This document shows, one piece after another, positions 42,287 to 54,794 of a stretch of 64,000 bases of DNA. The notes beneath the pieces are model-generated. The model worked only from the letters and a program-made list of their open reading frames with translations, had not been told where the DNA came from and did not search any database. Source of the DNA: Octopus vulgaris. Lineage: Eukaryota. Both the position numbers and the translations under genes were made by a program. Numbering within the stretch: the first letter of the stretch is position 1; every line of letters begins with the position of its first letter. The DNA lies in assembly GCA_951406725.2 (NCBI GenBank), contig OX597833.1, positions 60,388,001 through 60,452,000 of the forward strand. The letters run 5' to 3'.

Positions 42287-44034
42287 GTAATAATACTCCT
42301 GTTGCTGGTAATTCTGAGAGGCAGGGAAGTCAATTACACCAACCCTGCAGCTCAACTGGTACTTATTTTATAGACCCCAAAAGGACGAAAGGCAAAGTCG
42401 ACAACAGCTGAATTTGAACTCAGAACAAAAACAGCTGAAATACCACTAAGCATTTAGTTCAGGTAATGATTATGCCTGTTCACTGCCTTAATTAGGTATG
42501 AGATCAGGAATTTGTGAATCTCTTCCCTATTCTCTCATATTCGTCTTCTCTGTACCTTTAGGGTACACTTAGCACCTCATCACCAATATCTTTGCTCACT
42601 TTCTATCTTGCTGGGAGAGTTCTGTATCTCTTCTACAGCAAGACACAAATTACTACAGCACAAAGCCACTTCCCTCAATACTGCACCCTCACTCAGCTGT
42701 AGTGGGGAAGGCTAGTCACTGGATTTGGTTGAAAAGAGACGATGAGCGATGGCTAGAAGAATATTGAGCTTTATTTGATAACCAGCGAATCTAGCAAGTG
42801 GGGCCTCATATCAGTGAGGGGGGCCGATGCGCATTGATGCCGTCGAAAGGTAGGTCCCAAAACGGTGCGCATTCTCTCCTGATGACCCCATACACTTGCT
42901 GGCTTCCAGTATGCGGAGATTTTGACTGGTAGCACTTGCATGTGCAAGTTGTTTGCAAGACATCTAGCTGAGAGAGTCCTGTATCTCTTCTACAGCAAGA
43001 CACTAGTTACAACAGCACAAAGCCACTTCCCTCAATATTGCACCCTCACTCAGCTGTAGTGTCTCATATTGCAAGTTTCTTGAACATCCCACAAGTACTG
43101 GTGCCATGAAAAAATGCACACTGTGCTTTCTGTATATGGTTGGTGTTAGGAAGGGCATCCAACCACAGACAATGCCAAAGCTGACATCAGAGCTCAACAC
43201 AATCCTCCAGCTTGTTGGATCCTGCTGAATTGCTTGACCCATACTGGTAGGGAAGACAGAAGTTAAATGATCATGATGATAATGACGACTAATTGATCAA
43301 ATTGATCCCCAATATTTGGCTGGCACTTTATTGTACTGACCCTGAGAGGATGAAAGGCAAAATTGATCTTGACAGCATTTGAACTCAGAACGTAAAAGCA
43401 TTTTATCTGTCATTCAGGCAATTCTGCCAACCTACCACCCTAATAATAATAATATATTCTGCTCAATACCACAGATTTGCTTGTCAGTTGTTTGACCTTA
43501 ACCAGTTGAGCATGTCCCTTAGTGGCTGACGATATGTGCATCTCTGATCACGAGCAGAAGTAGTGGGGGAGCATCATAGCCATGTGTTGAGAGGGATTCT
43601 TTGGGGTTTGAATAATTCACCTCTGGAAACATGGGTGGTTCTTTCAACATCCTTAAACAACCCTTATTCAGGGGCCTTTTGAGCAGGATGGGCTACTCAA
43701 CCTGAAGAAAATTCTAACTGGGCCCCACCTGCAAGATCATGTGCTGTTTATCTTGATATGAGATCACCATGTCGCGCACATATGGTTGTGATGCATGTGC
43801 CTAGTGTACCCTTATCAGACGGGTAGTCATGATGGGTATACTGGGCTTTGTATATTTTACCCCAGTGTCACTTTGATGGCATGCACTGCTCTCTCACTCA
43901 ATAATAAATAATAATAATAATAATAATTCTTTCTACTATAGGTACAGGGCCTGTGATTCTTGGGGGAGGGAGATTAGTCGATTACGACGACCCCAGTGTT
44001 TCACTGGTACTTAATAATTTATCAACCCCCAATA

Positions 44035-44068
<34 letters not shown>

Positions 44069-44438
44069 TAGTTCCATTTGAATGTAACTGGTGTTAGGTG
44101 GATTGGTGAAGGTTTATAGTAAGTAATAAAACAATTATAATACATGCCTGCCCTACCTGCCACTGGTTAAGACAAGGAGTACAAAGCAGGTGACCACAAG
44201 GTTCTATGCGGATATCCTTATCATTTTCAGCACATATTTTGCACAGCTGGAAAGTTGAGCCCATCTCACAGTAGAGTTCATATTGCTCCTGAGTAACTTT
44301 TATATGGTCCTCCTGACAGTCCTGGACGAGGAAACTTAAGTCTGGATTGATACTCCGACCATCGGGATAGAGAAAACTGCAAAGTAGAAACAGAAACAGA
44401 ATGGTTGTGTTAATATTGAAGATATATTAACTACACAA

Positions 44439-44521
<83 letters not shown>

Positions 44522-44737
44522 TAAAGTTCATCCAAACAAGAAAGCACAAAAAACACACAACGCGAGGACGTGGAATAAATAAAGTATTATTGGACGCTCA
44601 GGAAAGAAAGGAAGAAGGAGGGTTTAACGTTTCGAGCGGAGCTCTTTGTCGGAAACATAGGAGAAGGAAAGATCCAGAGAAGGGAAGACAGAGTACACAA
44701 GAGGTCACAACGGTACACAAGAGGTCACATTTTGAAA

Positions 44738-44778
<41 letters not shown>

Positions 44779-44965
44779 CATGATAGATCGTTAGCCACAA
44801 CACACATTTTTTTTCCTCTCCTTGTTTTTTTCTGTGTCCGTTTCTGTAGAAGAGCATAGGCTCAAAACATAAAAGACTTTTTCTATTTCTGAGCATTATA
44901 CTAATACACCTGTTTGTTTTGTACACCACCTGTCTTCGTCTCTTGTTTTTTTCGTAAACTCTCCC

Positions 44966-45009
<44 letters not shown>

Positions 45010-48000
45010 GAGAGAGAGAGAGAGAGAGGCATTAAAGCATGTTAAATCAGTATCAAATTAGTGATGCCATATAGGCAGTGCCAAGACATCTCAATCACCT
45101 GATACCATTAACGAGCCTGTTAATTAGTTGTTGTTACTACCAGTTTCTCCAGTTTTAAGAATTAGAAAACTATTTCCCATGAACAGGGTTTTGGTATCAT
45201 GGAATCAGAGGAAACTGATGTTAGAAAGAAAAAAAAAAAAGAAACCAAAAAGGAGTGTTATAGTTTCAAATGTCTTTTCTGCAAGGAAAGGAAGAAGTTT
45301 GAGGTTTCAGGTTAGAAATTCTTTACCGAGGAAGTGAGGAGAGAGAGAAAGAGATCTGTGGGTTGTGGTTGAAATGTATCACTGCTTCTAGCTTTGTTTC
45401 ATCTGTAAACACTCCAAACACTCTCTCTTTACTCTTTTACTCTTTTATTTGTTTCAGTCATTTGTCTGTGGCCATGCTGGAGCACTGCCTTTAGTCGAGC
45501 AAATCGACCCCAGGACTTATTCTTTGTAAGCCCAGTACTTATTCTATCGGTCTCTTTTGCCGAACCGCTAAGTGACGGGGATGTAAACACACCAGCATCG
45601 GTTGTCAAGCAATGCTAGGGGGACAAACACAGACACACAAACATATATACACACACATACATATATATATATATACATATATATGACGGGCTTCTTTCAG
45701 TTTCCGTCTACCAAATCCACTCACAAGGCTTTGGTCGGCCCGAGGCTATAGCAGAAGACACTTGCCCCAGGGTGCCACGTTGTGGGACTGAACCCAGAAC
45801 CATGTGGTTCGTAAGCAAGTTGCTTACCACACAGCCACTCCTGCGCCTATTCTCTTCCACTCTAAAACACATGATGGCTAAACATTTCTCCGTTTACTTT
45901 TCTCCTCGTTTTAGGTTTTGAGGAGTGTGGAACCATCTCTTAGCTACTACTTCTCCTAGGTCCACTGACCCCCAGAATAGTAGCACCTGACAGAGTTCCA
46001 ACTATGGGTCAATTTAGTAAAGTGAACGTGTATTTGCAGGGTGATTTCATTTCTGCCAACACTGACTTCAAGCATGTAATTACAGCCAATAACTTGGGCT
46101 CCTTTTATTGAGCCTGGTCACAGTTTATTTACTTTCGTTTAGAGTCTGGCGGCTGTCTTAGAGGTGCCCTGTGCCAAAAAATATCATTTGTAGCAGACTT
46201 TCTCTCGACATTGTTCACATGTGCCTAACTCAAGCTCAGAAGTTACAATCCGAGTTGTTATCTGTAATTGTAAAAATTAAAAGTAATTCAATCCCAATAT
46301 TTTCTTGAAACAATACATTTCTATAGAGATTAGGATTTAAATTCCAATCTATGAAAAGTTTCCGTTCTACAATATTCTTAAAGGAAGGAAAAATTATCCA
46401 GCAACTCAGACTAATACAAACGAGCCTGGTAGGTGTAAAAGACTAACTGGTATCTCTTGTCAAGAGTACAGGCAACAGTTAGATTGCTGATGTTTGTTGT
46501 GCACTCTGCTGTCATTATTTGATTGCTATTATTCTGTGCGTTTGTGCATAAAGATCAGTTGTATTTTGCAGGGTTGCTTTATTTTTACCCCTAACTTAGA
46601 AATGGAGAAAGACATAGTGCTAGATACAAAAAAAAAAAAAAATTATTTGGGGCCAGAAATAAAGCGGAAAAGCGTGAAATTCTTCGAGCAGAAATGTTGT
46701 CTTATGCAAAATCTGTGATGAGCCCGAATGATGCTGATGACCTGGAGCTGCCTTTGCTACACACACTTCAGATCTCACACACAATGTGGAGCTCTAGGTA
46801 TCTAAGGCTACCTAAATGTAGACTGAACTTCAGTAGGTGAAGCCCGATCAGCTATGACTGACCACACATACAATAGTACACTGAAACCTCATACAGACAA
46901 GGACCATTCAATCACCTAAACCAACAATAACAATAGACAACAACAACAATACTGAGAATACTTACAAGCTTTCTCTTTGGCCATCAAGCAAAGCTTGACA
47001 AAGAGATTTATTTTGTGGAATTGTTTGTAAAATTTGGCCATCTGTGGTGACATAGCCTATTGCCCACTGGCCAAGACGTGTGCAGCTCAACCGGAAAACA
47101 TAGCTGGAAACAGAAAGAGAAAATGTATGAGTCTTAAATGGAACAAACTTTATAAGCTATGCATGCGTGTGTGTGTGTGTGTACACACATGTATGTATGT
47201 ATGTATACTCTTTTACTTGTTTCAGTCATTTGACTGTGGCCATGCTGGAGCACCACCTTTAATCAAGCAACTCGACCTCGGGACTTATTCTTTTCTAAGC
47301 CCAGTACTTATTCTATTGGTCTCTTTTGCTAAGTAACGGGGACATAAACACACCAGCATCGGTTGTCAAGCAATACTAGGGGGACAAACACAAACATACA
47401 CACGCATATATATATATATATACACATATATACGACGGGCTTCTTTCAGTTTCCGTCTACCAAATCCACTCACAAGGCTTTGGTCGGCCTGAGGCTATAG
47501 TAGAAGACACTTGCCCAAGGTGCCACGCAGTGGGACTGAACCCGGAACCATGTGGTTGGTAAACAAGCTACTTACCACACAGCCACTCATATACATATTT
47601 TTTTAATGTTTTTAATAAGTGCATTATACATGACACCAGCACGAGTATGTTTTAAATGGTATATATATATATATATATATATTACTGGTGCCACTTATAA
47701 AGCACTAGTGCTGGTATCATGTAAAATGTACATGCGCTGGCGCCATGTGAAAACCATCCACTACACTCTGTAAAGTGATCGACATTAGGAAGGTCTTCCA
47801 GGCATAGAAACAATACCAGAAAAAACAATGGAGCCTGGTGTGACCACCAGCCTTACCACCTCCTGCCAAACCATCCAACCCTTGATAAATGGATGTCAAA
47901 TGATAATGATGATATACATACATACATACATACACACACATATCTACATCATCATCACGCATGTGTTTTTGTGTTATGTATGTATGTATGGCTGGCTTTT

Positions 48001-51000
48001 TTATTCTTTGGAACCTCCTGGCAAACAAATGGTTAGTTTCTTATTTCTTTATTGCCCACATGGGGCTACACACAGAGGAGACAAACAAGGACAGACAAAG
48101 GGATTAAATTAATTACATCAACCCCAGTGCGTAACTGGTACTTAATTTATCGACCCCGAAAGGATGAAAGGCAAAGTTAACCTCGGTGGAATTTGAACTC
48201 AGGACGTAATGGCAGACGAATTACCACTAAGCATTTTGCCCAGCGTGTTAACGCTTCTGCCAGCTCACTGCCTTTGGTTAGTTTCTATTAAGCAAAACGC
48301 CAGCATCAGAATTTACATGGCAACATTAAGAGTGATGTGCCTCATATATTTTCATCTTAAATTAATGCAACACAGGTTTGCTAGCCCTTTTCGACTTATG
48401 AAGCCACATTTTTCCACACTATTGTTTATAATAGTTAGTAATATAACAACACACAGTAACAATTCTGTTGTGTCTGGGGAGAGTCGAAATTTTCGTTGCG
48501 TCTTGCAAATGGACAGACTATTGAAAAAGTTGCAAAACGCAACGAAAATTTTAGGAAAATAAAAATAAGAAATAAGTGGAAATTTTTACCGGTGAGTGTG
48601 TTACATTATAAGGCACAAAAAGAAAATGACTCTCCCCAGACACAACAAAATATGCTTCAACACATGAACTCATATAAAGAATCTTGCAAACCAAATCCAA
48701 AAACCACACACAGTAACAATGATTATGCGTAAAAATCTGGTTAGAGAAGCTGTATTTCTCACGGCCATTGTCCACGGATGAACTGTTTACATACGTTGCC
48801 CAAAAGATCTCTAGAGCAACATATTTTTGTTGTCAATCCTAGGTCTTTTATAGTGATGGTGGCAGCGCAAATAATGACTATGGTGGTGGTGGTGCCCCTA
48901 ATGACCGAGGTGGTGTTTATAAAAACTGGTGGCAGTGATGTTGTTCTAACAAATAATTATCAACCAACACATGCAGTAATTATCAATGTTAATAAAGAAA
49001 CCACTTAACAAGGCTTGGTATTAATTAGTTACAAATCATTACTGGTTCCATCCCTTATTGCCAACATTCTTTTAGTTCAAGTTACATAACTGGAGGCCAG
49101 TGGTGGTCAAGTGGATAATGTACTTGATTGAGGATCAGGAGTTTAAACCAACTGATACCATTGTGTATTTTAGTTTCTATAACCTCAATTCATGTTAGAT
49201 ATCAAGAATGAGATAAATTTTTTAAATACAAATGAGAGAAGATAGAGCCAACAGCCATGGATGGCCCTTAACCCTTTCATTACTGTATTTATTTTGAGAT
49301 GCTCTGTTTTCTTTTAATTAATTTTAAATATAACAAAGGATTTAGTAAAATAACTTAATTATCATTAAGCCGGTGTTAAGAACATAAATTGTGACTAAGG
49401 TTTGGTGGAAGATTTTAATTCAAAACTTAAGAAAACAAGACATTTGTACTACAGAGCCAGAGCCGGTTTCAGCCGGGTTGGTATCGAAAGGGTTAATAAT
49501 CTTGCCACTGGAAAGACTCATGTAATTGATGTCTCTAAAGTGACAAATTGGCGGTCATGTTGGAAAGAATGCTCCAGGGTGTCTGTTTGAACTTTCTATG
49601 CTCTGAGTCAAAATCCTACCATGATCAACTATAACTTTATCAATGGTAGTTCTGTAGTTTTAGCTATCACCACCATGACCATGCTGCAGCATTACATATA
49701 TTCCAGCTGTACAAAAGCTTAAAAATAACCTACCATTAGGTTTTGGATGCCAGACTAGAGAGGGAAAATGGTGAGAGCAATTAAACCCTGGAATCCCACA
49801 TTTATCTTTCAGAGGCAATAAAAAAAAGTATCCATTCCTTTTGATGCTAGGTTCAAATTATCATCATCAATTACACAAATCAATTTTTAAAGAAATGATT
49901 TATTATTGTGCTGGTACCAAGTAAAAAGCACCCAGTACACTCTGTAAAGGTGGTTGACATTAGGAAGGGCATCTAGCTGTAGAAACCAAGCGAAAACAGA
50001 CTATGAAAGATGGTGTGGCCCCTGGCCTTTCCAGTTCCTGTCTAGCCATCCAACCCATGCTAGTATGGAAAATAGAAATTAAATGTTGATGATAATTGTC
50101 ATCAATTTAACAAACATTTACACACATTGACAACACTTGATCACAAAGGCTTTGAAAATAGAAGATACTATTCTAAGCAGCTAAATGACTTTCTCTAATT
50201 GTGCCAACATTATAAGAAAGCTAGTCTTCCTCTCCATTCCCACTGACTACACTACAGCTCCTTAAATGGTTCACCAATGAAGAGAGAATAAGATGTAAAC
50301 AGCCACTATAATAGAGCAGGTATCCTCAACCGAATTTGGAAGTGACTGAGTTAAAAGTTGGTTGTGGTAATGCAGTTAAATAGTTCCAATTAAAGAAACA
50401 TGAGCCCTGTCAGCTGCCCTCTTAGAATGCAAAATGGAAATTGGATCAGCTATAATGTGGCCCAATTCAGGCGACGATAACATTACGTCCTATTTCTACA
50501 CAGTTGACAGTTCTGGTGACTGGTCCACTTCAACAAATTATGGTTCAACTTTCAACTAATGCAAGTTTAAATTGAAAAAGAAAACTTAAAAGCAAATGTA
50601 ACAAGCATGCCACTGCAAAGATCCTGTTCTAATCACACCAATAAACTCATTTTCCTGTTTGAAATATTATCTCAATAGTAACAGATAATGTTAAATAGAG
50701 AGTAGGTCAGTGGAATTTAGAAAATTATAATGTATTATGTAAAAAAAAAAACAGTTCACAATTAACTATTTTAACTCACTAATAAGTGGCTATTTAACCC
50801 AGATGGGAGGACTAAAAACTGAAGTTATTCCAAAAATTACTCTCTTGGGACTCATCATCATCATGATCATCATTGTCGTTTAACGTCCACTTTCCATGCT
50901 GGCATGGGTTGGACAGTTTGACTGAGGGCTGGCAAGCCAGAAGGCTGCACCAGACTCCAATCCAATCTGGCAATGTTTCTATAGCTGGATGCCCTTCCTA

Positions 51001-54000
51001 ACATCAACCAATCCGAGAGTGTAGTGAGTGCTATTTATGTGCCACTGGCATGAGAGCCAGTCCGGCGGTACTGGCATCAGCTACACTCGAATGGTGCTTT
51101 TTACGTGCCACCAGCATAGAGGCCAGTAAGGCGGCACTGGAAACAAACACACTTGAATAGTACTTTTTGGATGCCAGACTACAGAGGGAGTGGTGAGAGC
51201 AATTAAATCCTGGAATCCCACATTCTGGAAATATGGAACTTAATTTGTTTTTTGTTGTCTTTTTAAAATTTTTTTCTGCTTTCTGAAAGACAACATTTCT
51301 ATAAAAGACGGGGCAGAAGGATCTCTAGAGATGACTAAGTAACATCCGGGATATATTAAAGTAGGCAAATGGTGTGTGTCTCGGTGGTTGTCAGTGTTTA
51401 ATCAGATGTTTGAGCAGACCTATAACTAAGAACTTTCAGCCATGACCATCCCATCTTTTTATATAACCTTGACTACATTATCCGATGTGTCCATCATATT
51501 GTAAGATGGCAGATGTGATTTGAGATTTGATCACTATTTGTAGTAAGTTAAGTGGCTACACAGAGAGTCCTTTACTTGTGGCTGTTGCCTGGTTGACTTC
51601 CTCTCCCATAAGGATACAGTTTGTTATGGCCTGGGATTACAAACAGGGAAAAGATGACTGACATCACATGAAGTTAGTAGAGTCACCATGAGCAGTAATA
51701 ATGAGTTGTACATTAATAAAGTATTTTAACCCTTTCAATACCAACCCGGCTGAAACCGGCTCTTGCTTTGAGTACAAATGTCTTGTTTTCATAAGTTTTG
51801 AATTAAAATCTTCCACCAAACCTTAATCACAATTTATGTTCCTAACACTAGCTTAATGATAACAAAGTTATTTTACTAAATTCTTTACTATATTTAAAGT
51901 AATTGAAAGAAACACAGAATATCTCAAAATAAATATGGTAACGAAAGGGTTAATTAGTTAATTACAACTAGATATTATTACAAGCCAGATACGATTCCCT
52001 CCTAAACACTTGATCATTTGCATAATTGGGTCTTGATTATTATTTTTTTATCTTTTATCAATGAGAAGTGATTAACTAATTATACAGGGGTGAACTGTGC
52101 TCAACCAAAATCAACGGTTCAATTTCAATAATAGTCCAAAGAATTTCCTTTCACCTAAGCTATTTCCATAATGGCAAAATGCATCAACATCACAACATCT
52201 CACTCCCTGACAAACTCATCTGTTTGATATTCAGACACTTACATATCACACCCTTTACCCCTTCAAACAGAAATATGGTCCTTGTGTTAGCAATGAACTA
52301 TCAGTTCAGTTCAACACTTCTTGAGGAGTCCTTTCACTGTGTAATAAATACACTTACATCCACATCTCAGTCAGCAGAAAGAAGTGACTGGAGTTTGCTT
52401 GCTTCCTGTCTCAGAAAGTGTAGACAGATTACTGTAAAGATAACACTGTCTAGTACACTTATTTCCTGTCACAGTGTAGATAGATGACTGTAAAGTTATC
52501 CGATACTCCACCCAAAAAGGCTAGTCGTCTTTCACCCACACCAAGCAAAAAATGAAGAATTAGAATGAAGGAACAAAGGCCAGTTTATGTAGAAGTAGGT
52601 TCCAACAGAAATAGCAGCCACATTTCCCTCAAGTTACACCCTACAGCTTTAGAAAAGAAAAGACACATTGGACAACGTAGTCTCAGGTACACTATACCTA
52701 AAAAAGATAAAAACAAAATGGTCAGGACTGGAACGCCCCTGATTATAAGTTTGCCTAATCAGACGTGACTCAAAATTAAACAATAACAACCGCTAAATTT
52801 AATGTGAAGAACAACTGGGTATAGCTGACACTTAACATATCTACTGAACACATTACACAATGTGTACGTGTCTCTGGTTACTATTGAAACCTGACTACAT
52901 CAACACTACATGTTGATTGTACATATTACACAATCTGAAGTAATTGTAATTGCAAAGTGCCGGAGGATTAAGAAGATCTGTGTAGCAAAGACTTTAATGC
53001 TACAACTGATCACCGCCCAACTCAAGTAAGGGAGAGCACTCAGCCATCACATGATTACATGAATTATTAAAACAATGTAAAATCAAGAAATTAAACTAAG
53101 ATGTTGTAAAGTCATCGACATCAGCAACGTAGAATTGGATACAATGTCACAGTCACAGGACTTTCATTGACAGGAATGATAGGAACTTCAGGGCTGTCTG
53201 TGAAACAATCTCAACATCACTGATACTCAGGGAATCTGAGAAATACAGAACCTATTTCTTTACTGCCCACAAGGGGCTAAACATAGAAGAGACAAACAAG
53301 GACAGACATAGGTATTAAGTCGATTACATCGACCCCCCCCAGTGCGTAACTGGTACTTAATTTATCAACTCCGAAAGGATGAAAGACGAAGTTGACCTCG
53401 GCGGAATTTGAACTCAGAACGTAACGGCAGACGAAATACCTATTTCTTTATTACCCACAAGGGCTAAACATAGAAGGGACAAACACGGACAGACATAGGT
53501 ATTAAGTCGATTACATCGACCCCTAGTGCGTAACTGGTACTTAATTTATCGACCCCGAAAGGATGAAAGGCAAAGTTGACCTCGGCGGAATTTGAACTCA
53601 GAACGTAATGGCAGACGAAATACCGCTAAGCATTTCGCCAGGCGTACTAACAATTCTGCCAGCTTGCTGAGAAATACAGAACCGTCAGTTTGGTCTGGTC
53701 ATCAGAGAAAGCTCTTCCTCCTCACAGAATAACTGATCCGAAAGAAGCACGTCAGAGGAAATATTCAACATCAGAGTGCTGACCAAGAAATGTCTGCAAC
53801 AACAATGCGCAGCATCTACAACAAATGCACTGACCTCGAAAACACCTTTGATCTGTGAGACAGGAGGGTTTGGGGTCACGTGATGAGGCAGGAGGATTTG
53901 GGGTCATGTGATGAGGCAGGAGGGTTTGAGGTCCTGTAACTCCATCCAAAGAACTCAAGCACTGTATGACAATTCAAACAAGTTCTCCTGTATAACATCA

Positions 54001-54747
54001 TAGAACAGTCCACCAAGGCTGTCTCCTCTCTCCAGTGGTTTTCAACAACTGCATAGAAAACATCATCAATCAGGAGACATTACAGGATTCCCACATTTCC
54101 ATTTACAACGAAGGCTGGTTCCTCTGCAACCTATGTTTTACTGATGATATCAATCTAATGGGTGGCAGCAAAGCCAGACTGCAAGAACTTCCCACAGACT
54201 AAAAAGAACACCAGGATTGAATGGAACAGAAGTCGGTTTAGAAAAGAGCAAGATTCTGACCATCATCATCGTTTAACGTCTGCTTTCCATGCTAGCATGG
54301 GTTGGACGATTTGACTGAGGACTGGCAAACTAGATGGCTGCACCAGGCTACAATTTGATCTGGCAGAGTTTCTACAGCTGGGTGCCCTTCCTAACGCCAA
54401 CCACTCTGAGCCATAGTCAAAATACAGCAACCAACATCAGGCTGATCAAACGAAATAAAACAAAGAAAAACCTCAGATGACTTGAAATATCTCAGATCAA
54501 TTTTGAGTAAAATGGCAGCTCAGTAAAAAGATTAAAGGCTAGTTTCATCCTGGCTTTATCTGCCATAAAAAAAAGTTAAACAGGCGCAGGAGTGGCTGTG
54601 TGGTAAGTAGCTTGCTAACCAACCACATGGTTACAGGTTCAGTCCCACTGCGTGGCATCTTGGGCAAGTGTCTTCTGCTATAGCCCCGGGCCAACCAATG
54701 TTTTGTGAGTGGATTTGGTAGACGGAAACTGAAAGAAGCCCGTCGTA

Positions 54748-54794
<47 letters not shown>

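Noticed and set aside
46713-46862. Box C/D snoRNA (GTGATGA...CTGA)
   Set aside because: Antisense to the host gene, with no clear terminal stem or recognisable guide.
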